IMG/VR virus record: IMGVR_UViG_3300042691_010651
DNA from: a virus
Taxonomy: Duplodnaviria; Heunggongvirae; Uroviricota; Caudoviricetes
Length of the DNA: 24,059 nt
Strand: one strand, 5' to 3'
In this document: one piece after another, positions 9,244 through 18,084 of the stretch
How positions within the stretch are numbered: position 1 is the first letter of the stretch
Layout: each line of letters starts with the position of its first letter
Made by a program: the position numbers and the translations under genes
The notes under the pieces: generated by a model
The model's input: only the letters and a program-made list of their open reading frames with translations
The model's database searches: none
Told to the model about the DNA's origin: nothing

Positions 9244-10064
9244 ATAAATTTCTTTACTCGTGATTTAATTGTAATAGTAGCAGTAGAATAGTCAGTAGAA
9301 ACAACATCAAAAGCTTTTAGATTTTTCTCTAGTTCTTTTACTGCACTTCTCATAGTTTCTATTTTAGTTTCTAATTGAGTTAAATTAGATATTTTAAGAT
9401 GTAATAGAATTTTAGAAGTGTCAATAGGTTGAAAATGATCTTTTAGATGTTCAGTTACAAAACTTTCTCCTAATTCTATTTGTTTTAATTTTTTTACTAT
9501 TCTATTACCATCTAATATGCGTTTAATTATAGTTGAATAATCAAAAGTCATTTCACCTATTCTTATTTCAATAGTATAAAATTCAGTTGAAAAATGACAC
9601 CAACATCTAATTAAATCGCATTTAGCATCATTAGATGTAGTATCTTTTGCAGTTTCCCAACGAGCTAAATCATCTATTATCCAATTATTATTCCTATTAA
9701 TTACTTGTTTAGTATGTAATTTCTTTGAAGTTTCTGTACAGTCAATATGATAGTGTATTCCGCTTCCAAGATTTAAACTACAATATTTAGGTAATTCTTG
9801 ACAAATATTATATAAACAAATAATTCCTCTTAGTCCATTAGGTATTCTAAATCTTTTTTCACAAGAATCACAATTAACTGCCATAATATCAGGAATCTTT
9901 TCAAATATACTTTCATCAAAATTATCTAATGAATTGCATTCTATTTCTATTCCTGTTGAATATGGCAGTTGATTGTTTATAAAGTCTATAGAATTTTTAT
10001 CTTTAATAGCTAATAGTACTATTGGATTATTATTTATTAAATCTAATAAAAATTCTTTATCCAT
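9240..10064 (-). CDS. putative amidoligase (Amidoligase_2-like, glutamine-synthetase-type fold)
   Basis: STGIEIE, GSGIHYHI and TIEIR...TFD follow the GxExE / GxHxH / TxExR pattern. Confidence 0.65.
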   Translation of the reverse strand: MDKEFLLDLINNNPIVLLAIKDKNSIDFINNQLPYSTGIEIECNSLDNFDESIFEKIPDIMAVNCDSCEKRFRIPNGLRGIICLYNICQELPKYCSLNLGSGIHYHIDCTETSKKLHTKQVINRNNNWIIDDLARWETAKDTTSNDAKCDLIRCWCHFSTEFYTIEIRIGEMTFDYSTIIKRILDGNRIVKKLKQIELGESFVTEHLKDHFQPIDTSKILLHLKISNLTQLETKIETMRSAVKELEKNLKAFDVVSTDYSTATITIKSRVKKFI

Positions 10065-10501
10065 TAATTGTATTTTTCACCATTCCAAACTTTTCCAGTT
10101 ACAGGATGAACATACCCTACATATCTTGAATATCTGGTAAGTTCTTGTACTTGGACTAATTGCTCTTGTTTAACTTCTTCTTTCTGTTCAACAATTTTCT
10201 CAACAGCCTGAACTACATTAGTAATTGCTTCACTTTTTTCTGTAATTTCTTTTTTAGCATTTTTTTCTTTATTCTTTAACTGCTTTTTAACAACAAGTAA
10301 TTCTTGTTTAGCTTTTTCTTCTTTAGGTTTAAGTAAAGAAAGAATTTTCTTCAATCTATTTTGAGAATTTTTTAAATTGTAAGCAGATATTTCCTTTTTG
10401 ATTAGGGTTCTAGCCTCTGAATCCGGTTTAATAGTGTACTTTTTCTTATCTACTATTGCAGTAAAATAAGCACCTGCTGATTGTGATTTAATTTGCGACA
10501 T
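10064..10501 (-). CDS. hypothetical K/E-rich coiled-coil protein (145 aa)
   Basis: ORF track; directly downstream of rIIA. Confidence 0.7.
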   Translation of the reverse strand: MSQIKSQSAGAYFTAIVDKKKYTIKPDSEARTLIKKEISAYNLKNSQNRLKKILSLLKPKEEKAKQELLVVKKQLKNKEKNAKKEITEKSEAITNVVQAVEKIVEQKEEVKQEQLVQVQELTRYSRYVGYVHPVTGKVWNGEKYN

Positions 10502-12965
10502 ATTGTTTATAATTTAGTAATCCTTGAAATTGTTTAGTTATTTTTGTAATTTGAGAAAGATGTTTAACTTTAATATCATTAGTTTTTGAATTTTTAGAAG
10601 TTCTTCTATTACTTTTGTGATCATAAAAAGAATCTCCTTTACCTAAGAATCTTTTATCTTCATATACACTACAAAGATATATCATCTTTTCTAATGATTC
10701 TTTAATTAGATCAAGTTCGTATTGTTCTTGTGAATTCCAAATAGAATCTACTTTTTTGCCTTTCAGCTTTAAATATTCTACAAGATAAGGAATTACTTCT
10801 TCTTTACAAACTATATAATTAATTAAATCTAAACCTTTAACGTACCTCTCTAACTTTAGATGAGCATCATACATCTCTTTATCATAAAGATTATATTCTT
10901 TAGCAACATTTACCATATCTTTAAAGAACTCTTTTGATAACTTATTATCTACAGAAGTGTAAGCTGTTTTTCCATAATCATCACAAGCAGCTTCTAAATC
11001 TTTTAAAGTTTGAGATACTGGAGGGAATATGTTTTCCATAACTGTTACAAAATCTCCTTCTTGAGAAGTTCTATAACCTTTTAAAGAAAGAGCTTTACTT
11101 TCTTCTTGAATCCATGCTGTTGTTGCAAATCTTTTAAATATTCTATTATTTCCCATAAATGTTTCTATATGTGATGCGTTCTTTATTACACCTATAAAGT
11201 ATTTCTGATTACGTTCAGCTATTTTATAAAGTCTACACATCTTTGAATTTATTGTATTTGTAGAACTACCATATTTACTATTTATAAGTAAATTACGAAA
11301 ATTTCTTATTAAATCTTCGTTTTCTTCAAATCCATATATAATAAATCCTGTAAACTTTTGAAGTTGATCAACTGTTATATATTCTTTTTCAGCTAAAGTA
11401 TGACCACCATAATTATAAACAAGAAAACTATTTTCTTCTTTGTTTACTTTTACTTTGTTAGCTAAGTTATACTTTTTTAACCAATCTTCATCTATATGAA
11501 TATCATCAGCATTATATGTAAGTCTTTTAATTTCTTTACTTACATAATCTCTAAATAGTTTTAATTGTTGAGTTGCATTAGTTTTAGAATAGTCATATTT
11601 ACTTGATTCAATAGGTATCTCTAGATAATTTAGTGTTTGTCTTAAATTTCTATTAGAACTATGATCAAACAAATAAAATGTATGAGCATCAGTAAGGTCA
11701 AAAGCTTTATCATATAAGTAAGCTAACTTCTTTGTATTAAATTTACCTGATTTAGGTGGACTTAATGTAAAAGAAGTTTCTAGATTATTATAGTTTAAAT
11801 TAGCATGACTATTTGCAACTTTTTTATTTCTTACATAACGTTGAGTATATGAATATTCATAAAATAAATTAGTTGGAATTTTACCAACAAAATCTTGTAA
11901 TGGACTAAATATTCCTTTTGGTTTTTTAATTAAAGAACTAACATCTAATCTAATATTTTCATCTAAAGTTACATAACATCTATTATCTTGTTCATATCTT
12001 AAATAATCAGGATAATAATCAAATATGTTATCTATATTCTTATCATGTAAAGATTCTATTTCTTCTTTAAAATCTTGTATCTTTTTAAGAATTATTTCTT
12101 TAGTAGATTCTGTAGTTCCATCTTCTTTAATAACATCTACATATCTAATACTCTCTCTTTCAGGTGTTACTTGTAAATCACCTATTTCAAATTTAAGTCC
12201 ACATGGTATATTTATTGGACTTAAACCTATTTCATCCCATGATATTGGATATGGAACTTTTCCAATAATTAAATGAAGTTGATTGCTATATTTTGTATCA
12301 TCTCTATATTTGAAAGTTTTATATTCTAAAATATTATACTCGTTATTAAATTTATAATAACTATTAAAATAAACATTATCAAAATATATCAATTCACTTT
12401 TGCAAGCAGATACAAATGAAGAAACGTCAGCAGTATTTTTAATATAAATTTTTACTTCTGTACCATTTCTTTCATCTGTATCATCTTCTATTAATAAATC
12501 TATTCTAGGTGTTTTCTTTCCATTATGAATTTGATATTCATATTTCTTACCATTATAATTAGTAGTTAAGTAGAATAAATCTGTGTATGATAAAGGACTT
12601 TTTGAACCCAAACCAAACATTCCAATTTGGTCATTACTTCCTCTTTTAGTTGAAGAAAAGTATTTAGAATAAGTTTTACTCATTCTTTCTGGACTCATAC
12701 CAACTCCTATATCTTTAAAACAGATATAATCACCACCTTCATCATGTTTCATTATAACTACTACTGGATCATCAATTTTTGCTTCTATATGACTATCAAA
12801 ACAATTTGATGTAATTTCACGAACAATAGAATTTATTGGTCGTCTATACATTTGTTTTGATACAATATCAAATAGAAACCCTAGATTACTTTCATCAATA
12901 CTTGCATCTACTCCTTCAAAATCATCACCATCTATTTCACTTTGTTTATAATTTTGAACTATCAT
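10488..12965 (-). CDS. rIIA: rIIA-like protein with an N-terminal GHKL (HSP90-like) ATPase
   Basis: MYRRPINSIVREITSNCFDSH, FKDIGVGMS, STKRGSNDQIGMFGLGSKSPLSY; 825 aa. Confidence 0.85.
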   Translation of the reverse strand: MIVQNYKQSEIDGDDFEGVDASIDESNLGFLFDIVSKQMYRRPINSIVREITSNCFDSHIEAKIDDPVVVIMKHDEGGDYICFKDIGVGMSPERMSKTYSKYFSSTKRGSNDQIGMFGLGSKSPLSYTDLFYLTTNYNGKKYEYQIHNGKKTPRIDLLIEDDTDERNGTEVKIYIKNTADVSSFVSACKSELIYFDNVYFNSYYKFNNEYNILEYKTFKYRDDTKYSNQLHLIIGKVPYPISWDEIGLSPINIPCGLKFEIGDLQVTPERESIRYVDVIKEDGTTESTKEIILKKIQDFKEEIESLHDKNIDNIFDYYPDYLRYEQDNRCYVTLDENIRLDVSSLIKKPKGIFSPLQDFVGKIPTNLFYEYSYTQRYVRNKKVANSHANLNYNNLETSFTLSPPKSGKFNTKKLAYLYDKAFDLTDAHTFYLFDHSSNRNLRQTLNYLEIPIESSKYDYSKTNATQQLKLFRDYVSKEIKRLTYNADDIHIDEDWLKKYNLANKVKVNKEENSFLVYNYGGHTLAEKEYITVDQLQKFTGFIIYGFEENEDLIRNFRNLLINSKYGSSTNTINSKMCRLYKIAERNQKYFIGVIKNASHIETFMGNNRIFKRFATTAWIQEESKALSLKGYRTSQEGDFVTVMENIFPPVSQTLKDLEAACDDYGKTAYTSVDNKLSKEFFKDMVNVAKEYNLYDKEMYDAHLKLERYVKGLDLINYIVCKEEVIPYLVEYLKLKGKKVDSIWNSQEQYELDLIKESLEKMIYLCSVYEDKRFLGKGDSFYDHKSNRRTSKNSKTNDIKVKHLSQITKITKQFQGLLNYKQYVAN

Positions 12966-12968
12966 AAT

Positions 12969-14189
12969 TTACTCATAATCTCGAATTGCTTCAATTAATA
13001 ATGGACTATCTTTATGTCTAACATGAGCTTGATGTGGTAAACCATCTTCTGTACGTTCTTGAAATCTGATAGTAGCTTTTTTACCAATATATTTATCAAT
13101 ATTTTGTCTCCAAATATCTTTTTCTTCAAGTGTACCAGTAGGTCTTGCTTTAAATCTTAAATTTATTCCTTCAACATCAGATATTAAATTATTTTTTAAG
13201 ATAAATACGAAACTTTCAATACCTTTATTTGGATCAATTTCACAACCTACAATTTCAAATTCTTCATCTTGAAATTCTTTTACTTTTAATAAACAAGAAT
13301 CTCTAAATCCAAATTGATAATATGCATTAGGATCACGAACAATAGCACCTTCGTATCCTTGTTCTACACAAGTATTATGAAGTGATTCAACGTCTTTTTC
13401 TGATAGTGTAGGTATTGTAACTAAAACTTTAATAGGATTAATATTACAAAGATTTGTAAAATTAGATAAGATTTTAAATCTTTCTTCTTGTTTTACTTTT
13501 TCGATAGCTAAATCATATATCCAATATTGAATAGGTAACTTTCTACTAAACTGAGCTTCATCTTCTAAAGTACATATACCTACAATTTTCTGTAATGGCA
13601 TACCATGATTATATAGTTCACCGTCAAGTTGAATGTTTGGATTGCTTATAAAGAAAGGGAGGAGTGCTGATTGAATATGTGGCATGATATAGTAACCTCC
13701 ACCTCTACTTAATAAAAGTACTTTACCATCTTTATATAAAGCAATACAACGTACTCCATTTAATTTAGGTTGTACAAGTACAGGATATTTAACTTTAGAT
13801 TTTTTATCTTTCCACTTATCAGCTAACATACATAATGGTAACCAATCTTTATTAGTATTGTAAGTTATACCTATTGCTTTATAAATATCTTCTATAAAGT
13901 GTTTACCTGCATTTGTAAAAGGTTCACCTAATTTAGCAAGAAGATGTTCTTCTGACTTATAACCCTCATTATACTTTTCATTCAATAAAGATGCAAACTC
14001 AAACTCTGCTTGTTCATGTATTGATCTTTTCTGTTTACCTTTAGTAATATTTAATTGTTTTTCAGTAAGTTGACCATCAATTAAACCTGTCCAAGTAGTT
14101 ACTACTGACAAAGTATTTGTAACTTTACCTACTTCACCTTTAAATACTCTAATCTTACCTTTTTTATCTAAACTATATAAAGTTGTCAT
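12969..14189 (-). CDS. lig: ATP-dependent DNA ligase
   Basis: Motif I QPKLNGVRC, III LDGELY, IIIa YWIYDL, IV EGAIVR, V LLKVKEF; C-terminal OB domain; N-terminal WGR-like extension. Confidence 0.95.
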   Translation of the reverse strand: MTTLYSLDKKGKIRVFKGEVGKVTNTLSVVTTWTGLIDGQLTEKQLNITKGKQKRSIHEQAEFEFASLLNEKYNEGYKSEEHLLAKLGEPFTNAGKHFIEDIYKAIGITYNTNKDWLPLCMLADKWKDKKSKVKYPVLVQPKLNGVRCIALYKDGKVLLLSRGGGYYIMPHIQSALLPFFISNPNIQLDGELYNHGMPLQKIVGICTLEDEAQFSRKLPIQYWIYDLAIEKVKQEERFKILSNFTNLCNINPIKVLVTIPTLSEKDVESLHNTCVEQGYEGAIVRDPNAYYQFGFRDSCLLKVKEFQDEEFEIVGCEIDPNKGIESFVFILKNNLISDVEGINLRFKARPTGTLEEKDIWRQNIDKYIGKKATIRFQERTEDGLPHQAHVRHKDSPLLIEAIRDYE

Positions 14190-14380
14190 TCTATATCTCC
14201 TAATTTAGTTAGTGCATCAAAATCATCATCATTTAAAAATTCTTTTTTAGATTTAGATACTACAGGAATTAATGCTTCAACATCTTTTATAAAATCATCA
14301 ATTTCTACAGTAAGTAGATAATCTTCAATTACTGTTTGAGGTTTATTAACTAGTTCTTTTAAATCTGTCATATCTTCCAA
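14186..14380 (-). CDS. acidic hypothetical protein (64 aa)
   Basis: ORF track; ATGA overlap with the ligase. Confidence 0.6.
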   Translation of the reverse strand: MEDMTDLKELVNKPQTVIEDYLLTVEIDDFIKDVEALIPVVSKSKKEFLNDDDFDALTKLGDIE

Positions 14381-14640
14381 AATGTTTTAATTTCTTTAAT
14401 TTTTTCTTCATCTGTTTGTTGATTTATCCAGTCTGCTACAAGTTGCCAAGATGATGATTCATATCGTGTATGTCTAAGAGTTTCTTCTCCACAACTACAA
14501 CCTGGGTCATGTTTAACTGTATGTTCATCAATAAATAGAAACTTAATAGGATAGTCACATGTAGCACAATGATCTGCTGTCCAACTTGTGATCTTATTTC
14601 GATAAGCATATTCTATTAGTTGCACTGCCGTTATCTTCAT
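14368..14640 (-). CDS. hypothetical protein, possibly Zn-binding (90 aa)
   Basis: CATC...HDPGCSC; ATGA overlap with the polB stop. Confidence 0.65.
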   Translation of the reverse strand: MKITAVQLIEYAYRNKITSWTADHCATCDYPIKFLFIDEHTVKHDPGCSCGEETLRHTRYESSSWQLVADWINQQTDEEKIKEIKTFWKI

Positions 14641-16610
14641 ATAAATTTTTCTTGTATGTTAAAATCCTTCATATTATTTATTATACTATATACTTTGCTT
14701 ATATAATAATCATAATTTATATTATAATTATCAGAATCAAAGTATCTATTAAATAGTGTAACATGATAACCTGCTTCTACTTGATGTTCTCTAACTCCTA
14801 TATCTAAGTTACCAAATATGTCGTATTGCATCTTTGGTTTCTTTTTAGGATTAGGTTTCATACGTTTTAATAGAATATCTTTACTATTAGATATATAGTA
14901 TCTACAAGTTTTCTGTTGTTTAGTATAATCTAATCCATTTAAAGTATATAAGCTCATTGTGCTATCAGCTCGAACTGCACAACAAAAGTCAAATATATCT
15001 TTATGGGCTCTTATATACTCCTCAGGTAGAATATTATCTACATAATAAGCTTTAAGAGCTAAAGGAACTATTCTTCTACTTTTGTTTTTATGTAATAGCT
15101 TATCTATCTCAAAATCACCTTTATATTTTAATGATCCATCTAACTTAACAGCTAAATAATCATTAACACTAGCTTGAATAAGAGATTTATAATCAGCAAA
15201 TTCTAATTTACCATAAACAGTAGAATTAGTCTTTACTTCCCATTCTTTACATATCTTATTATACAGTTCTTCTTTAGATTTATCAAATAAAGATACTATA
15301 CCATCAGTATTACTAGAAACAACAGATATTCCATTAAGCTCTAGATCTTCTATCAACATTAAGATTTCTAATTGACAACCAATAGTTACAGAATACATAA
15401 TTTCCATATCATATTGCCAATTAGTAACTTCTCCTAACTTACCATAACCGCCACCGTTATTAGCTAATTTATAAGCTTCACTCCAAGATGCAGCAGATTT
15501 ATTAGTTTTAGCTAATGGTTTTAGTTTTGATCTCTCATTAATATTATTCTTTATTTGCTCATTCCAGATAGGTGATAAGTGTTTAGGATATAATCCTCTT
15601 TTAACTATTGCAGATGGATATTGTCCACCTACATCTGCATCACGTAATATCTGATTTGGTTTAATTACTATTTTTCTAAAGCTTTCATTTGAATGTATAC
15701 CACCTAAACCCATATTATGAGTGCTATGTCCTATAGTTACTGATTCTTTAAAAGTATCATTACCTATATTAATAGAAGTAGCTTTAATACGATTCAGAAG
15801 ATTAGTTAATATCTCTGTTTTAAATGTAATATAAGGAGGAATAGTGTTTTTAAGATAGATTAATTGTTGATAAGCTTCTCGTTTATCATGATATAGTTCA
15901 TCTTTAGATTTACCTGTAGCTTTTGTATAATTTATAAAGTTAAATTGTTCACCTATCTTTACATCATTCCAATTTATTACTGATTTACCTATTAATTTAC
16001 CAATATCTTTCCTTAATTGTATCTGATCTTTACCTTTATATTCAGAGTTTTCAGTTAATCCTTTAGTTATATTATAAAAGTTTTCTGTAGAATCTACATC
16101 ATTATGACAATAATCTATTAGATTAGCCAATTCTTCTTGAGTAGATATACCTACATTATGATCTACATTCATTTCAACTAAATTCTTCCAATTCATACCA
16201 AATTGAAGCCATTTCAAAGAAGTTCTCTTTGCCTCATTATCGTAATGATTAATGAGAAAGGGATCGCATTGAGGTATATAAAGCTTCCACTCTGGAAAAT
16301 CTAAAAACTGCCTGTTATTTGACTTCTCTATAACTTGGGTGGCATACTGGTGTATTTCATAAGTAATTTGATCTGTGGGCAAAAGAATCAGTCTCTTAAC
16401 ATTATCTATAATCCATTGCTGAACCTGTGCGTCAAATTTTACGCAATTATAACCTATTTCACCTTTGACATTAGACAAGAAGTTGACATAGGCTAACAGG
16501 TCGTTTCTTTCTTTATAAATGACAAAATCATACCATTGATTTGTGTCTTTAACCTTAAAACTTGATAGAAAACAGTTTTTTAAAGTTTCTTTATCGTAAA
16601 AAACATACAT
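14637..16610 (-). CDS. polB: DNA polymerase family B with 3'-5' exonuclease
   Basis: ExoI YDKET, ExoII GYNCVKFD, ExoIII YCHNDV; Pol A DVGGQYPS, Pol B KLANNGGGYGKLG, Pol C NTDG. Confidence 0.95.
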   Translation of the reverse strand: MYVFYDKETLKNCFLSSFKVKDTNQWYDFVIYKERNDLLAYVNFLSNVKGEIGYNCVKFDAQVQQWIIDNVKRLILLPTDQITYEIHQYATQVIEKSNNRQFLDFPEWKLYIPQCDPFLINHYDNEAKRTSLKWLQFGMNWKNLVEMNVDHNVGISTQEELANLIDYCHNDVDSTENFYNITKGLTENSEYKGKDQIQLRKDIGKLIGKSVINWNDVKIGEQFNFINYTKATGKSKDELYHDKREAYQQLIYLKNTIPPYITFKTEILTNLLNRIKATSINIGNDTFKESVTIGHSTHNMGLGGIHSNESFRKIVIKPNQILRDADVGGQYPSAIVKRGLYPKHLSPIWNEQIKNNINERSKLKPLAKTNKSAASWSEAYKLANNGGGYGKLGEVTNWQYDMEIMYSVTIGCQLEILMLIEDLELNGISVVSSNTDGIVSLFDKSKEELYNKICKEWEVKTNSTVYGKLEFADYKSLIQASVNDYLAVKLDGSLKYKGDFEIDKLLHKNKSRRIVPLALKAYYVDNILPEEYIRAHKDIFDFCCAVRADSTMSLYTLNGLDYTKQQKTCRYYISNSKDILLKRMKPNPKKKPKMQYDIFGNLDIGVREHQVEAGYHVTLFNRYFDSDNYNINYDYYISKVYSIINNMKDFNIQEKFI

Positions 16611-16650
16611 ATATATTTTAGTTTAAACTTTTTTATTCCAATTTCGTTCG

Positions 16651-16658
16651 TATCTTTG
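16651..16658 (+). promoter_or_regulatory. Bacteroidota sigma-A -7 box on the plus strand
   Basis: TATCTTTG is a perfect TAnnTTTG, followed by GTG and an A-rich leader to ATG 16680. The -33 position has only TTTT. Confidence 0.6.
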
Positions 16659-16679
16659 TGTCAACAAAACAACAATAAT

Positions 16680-16835
16680 ATGAAAAACGGACAAACACCT
16701 ATCGAACAGCCAAAATTAGCTGTATTAGGCTCCGTAAATGAAACAAAGCCTAATAAAACTAAAGGTCTTGAGCAAATTCAAGATGCTTTGCAATTTATAT
16801 CTAAAGGATTAATCAAGAATATTTACTTGTTCTAA
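16680..16835 (+). CDS. small plus-strand ORF (51 aa)
   Basis: Hand translation MKNGQTPIEQPKLAVLGSVNETKPNKTKGLEQIQDALQFISKGLIKNIYLF; fills the otherwise empty gap; preceded by a -7 box and an A-rich leader. Confidence 0.55.
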   Translation: MKNGQTPIEQPKLAVLGSVNETKPNKTKGLEQIQDALQFISKGLIKNIYLF

Positions 16836-17156
16836 TCCTTTATAATTTTTCATAAGCGGTTGTCTGATTGCTAAAACTGGTACAACCGCTTTTGTTTTTC
16901 TAATGTTACAGAAATAATTTCCCCATTTCTTTGAAGGATGAGCTTCATCTGGAAAACTTAATTCAATCTTTCTTAATTTTGCTACTTCTTCTAGTTGATC
17001 ACGTTTATCTGAAAAGAATCCAGATAGTTCATGATATTTAAATTCTTTGATACAAGCATGAGTATGTGCATATTGCAGATGTTTTTCATCCATCTGCATC
17101 ATGTCTAATTCTACTCCATTTATATCTTTCCATATATAATTATTAGTTGGTGTCAT
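16809..17156 (-). CDS. hypothetical protein (115 aa)
   Basis: ORF track; YIWKD.NG......M...HL motif of a type seen in small phage proteins. Confidence 0.75.
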   Translation of the reverse strand: MTPTNNYIWKDINGVELDMMQMDEKHLQYAHTHACIKEFKYHELSGFFSDKRDQLEEVAKLRKIELSFPDEAHPSKKWGNYFCNIRKTKAVVPVLAIRQPLMKNYKGLEQVNILD

Positions 17157-17193
17157 AGATTATTTATTTAAAGTTTTATTATACTAAAAAATT

Positions 17194-17224
17194 AAAAAAG
17201 AGTAGCTATTTCTAGCTACTCTTT
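17194..17224 (-). terminator. intrinsic terminator
   Basis: AAAGAGTAGCTA-GAAA-TAGCTACTCTTT (12 bp) running into a U-tract. Confidence 0.85.
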
Positions 17225-17234
17225 AAGTTACATC

Positions 17235-17699
17235 TTACTTTGCAAAATCAATTACAGCTTCTGCATCTTTCTCAGTCAAGCGAGTTGCAAGAACAGCTTT
17301 TGGTTGCTTTTTACCAATAAGTTCACCTGTTTCTTCATCCAAAATTGGATGATTTGCAGCAGCAAATACTGCTTCAACTTTTTCATCAGCAAAAACAATA
17401 GCTGTATAGCTATCTACTTTAGTCTCACGAATCTCGTAAGATTCAACTTTGCGAGATACAATCTCAGCTTGTACTAATTCACCAGCTTTCATGGCATCCA
17501 TAAAATCTTTATGAGTACCACGTTTCCAAACTTTTTCATCTGTAGGAAAACCAGTTCCTGAATCACGTTTAAATTCTTCCCAAATTAAACGAGTTACTTC
17601 TTTCTGACCAATGCCAGCAGAAAAACCTACTTGAAAATACTGACGACCATCAGAAGCTGTCTTTACATTACCTACTGAACGAATTTTTAAATTTCCCAT
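17235..17699 (-). CDS. hypothetical protein, possibly an OB-fold nucleic-acid binder (154 aa)
   Basis: ORF track; beta-rich N-terminus (KIRSVGNVKTASDGRQYFQVGF); CGT/GCT-type codons; own terminator. Confidence 0.75.
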   Translation of the reverse strand: MGNLKIRSVGNVKTASDGRQYFQVGFSAGIGQKEVTRLIWEEFKRDSGTGFPTDEKVWKRGTHKDFMDAMKAGELVQAEIVSRKVESYEIRETKVDSYTAIVFADEKVEAVFAAANHPILDEETGELIGKKQPKAVLATRLTEKDAEAVIDFAK

Positions 17700-17802
17700 T
17701 TGATTTACTCTTTACGAGTGTTTAATTGTTTTTACTTTATTTTACGTTTCTACTCCCAAATCGGATTGGTTACCGTCTATTTATTAATTTAGCTAATTAA
17801 TT

Positions 17803-18000
17803 CTATTTTTTATCTGTAAGTACTGTCATGAAAAACAGAATACTTATTATATAATATACAGTTGCTCCTGTTGTACTCCATGATGCTGCTGCAAAGTTAG
17901 CTTCTGCAATAGAAGTAACTATATAGAAAGCACACATAAGAAGTACAATAAAAATTAACTTTATCATATATCTTTTTAATAAAACCTCATTGTCATTCAT
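17803..18000 (-). CDS. small membrane protein with two hydrophobic segments
   Basis: IKLIFIVLLMCAFYIVTSI and TVYYIISILFFMTVL. Confidence 0.65.
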   Translation of the reverse strand: MNDNEVLLKRYMIKLIFIVLLMCAFYIVTSIAEANFAAASWSTTGATVYYIISILFFMTVLTDKK

Positions 18001-18012
18001 ATTATTTTAAAT

Positions 18013-18043
18013 AAAAAGAACGAGATATTGCTATCCCGTTCTT
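18013..18043 (-). terminator. intrinsic terminator closing the Sm-like/Ser-X unit
   Basis: AAGAACGGGATA-GCAA-TATCTCGTTCTT (12 bp including one G.U, GNRA loop), then TTTATTT. Confidence 0.8.
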
Positions 18044-18084
18044 AACCCTAAACAAATTGTGCTATGACCTACAACTTATTGTCT

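Noticed and set aside
6410-12276. Plus-strand ORFs 6410-6661, 8609-8803 and 12025-12276
   Set aside because: Antisense to well-supported genes, with no promoter or recognisable motifs.
17803-18000. Holin call for the two-TM protein
   Set aside because: Not adjacent to an endolysin or spanins; hydrophobicity alone is insufficient.
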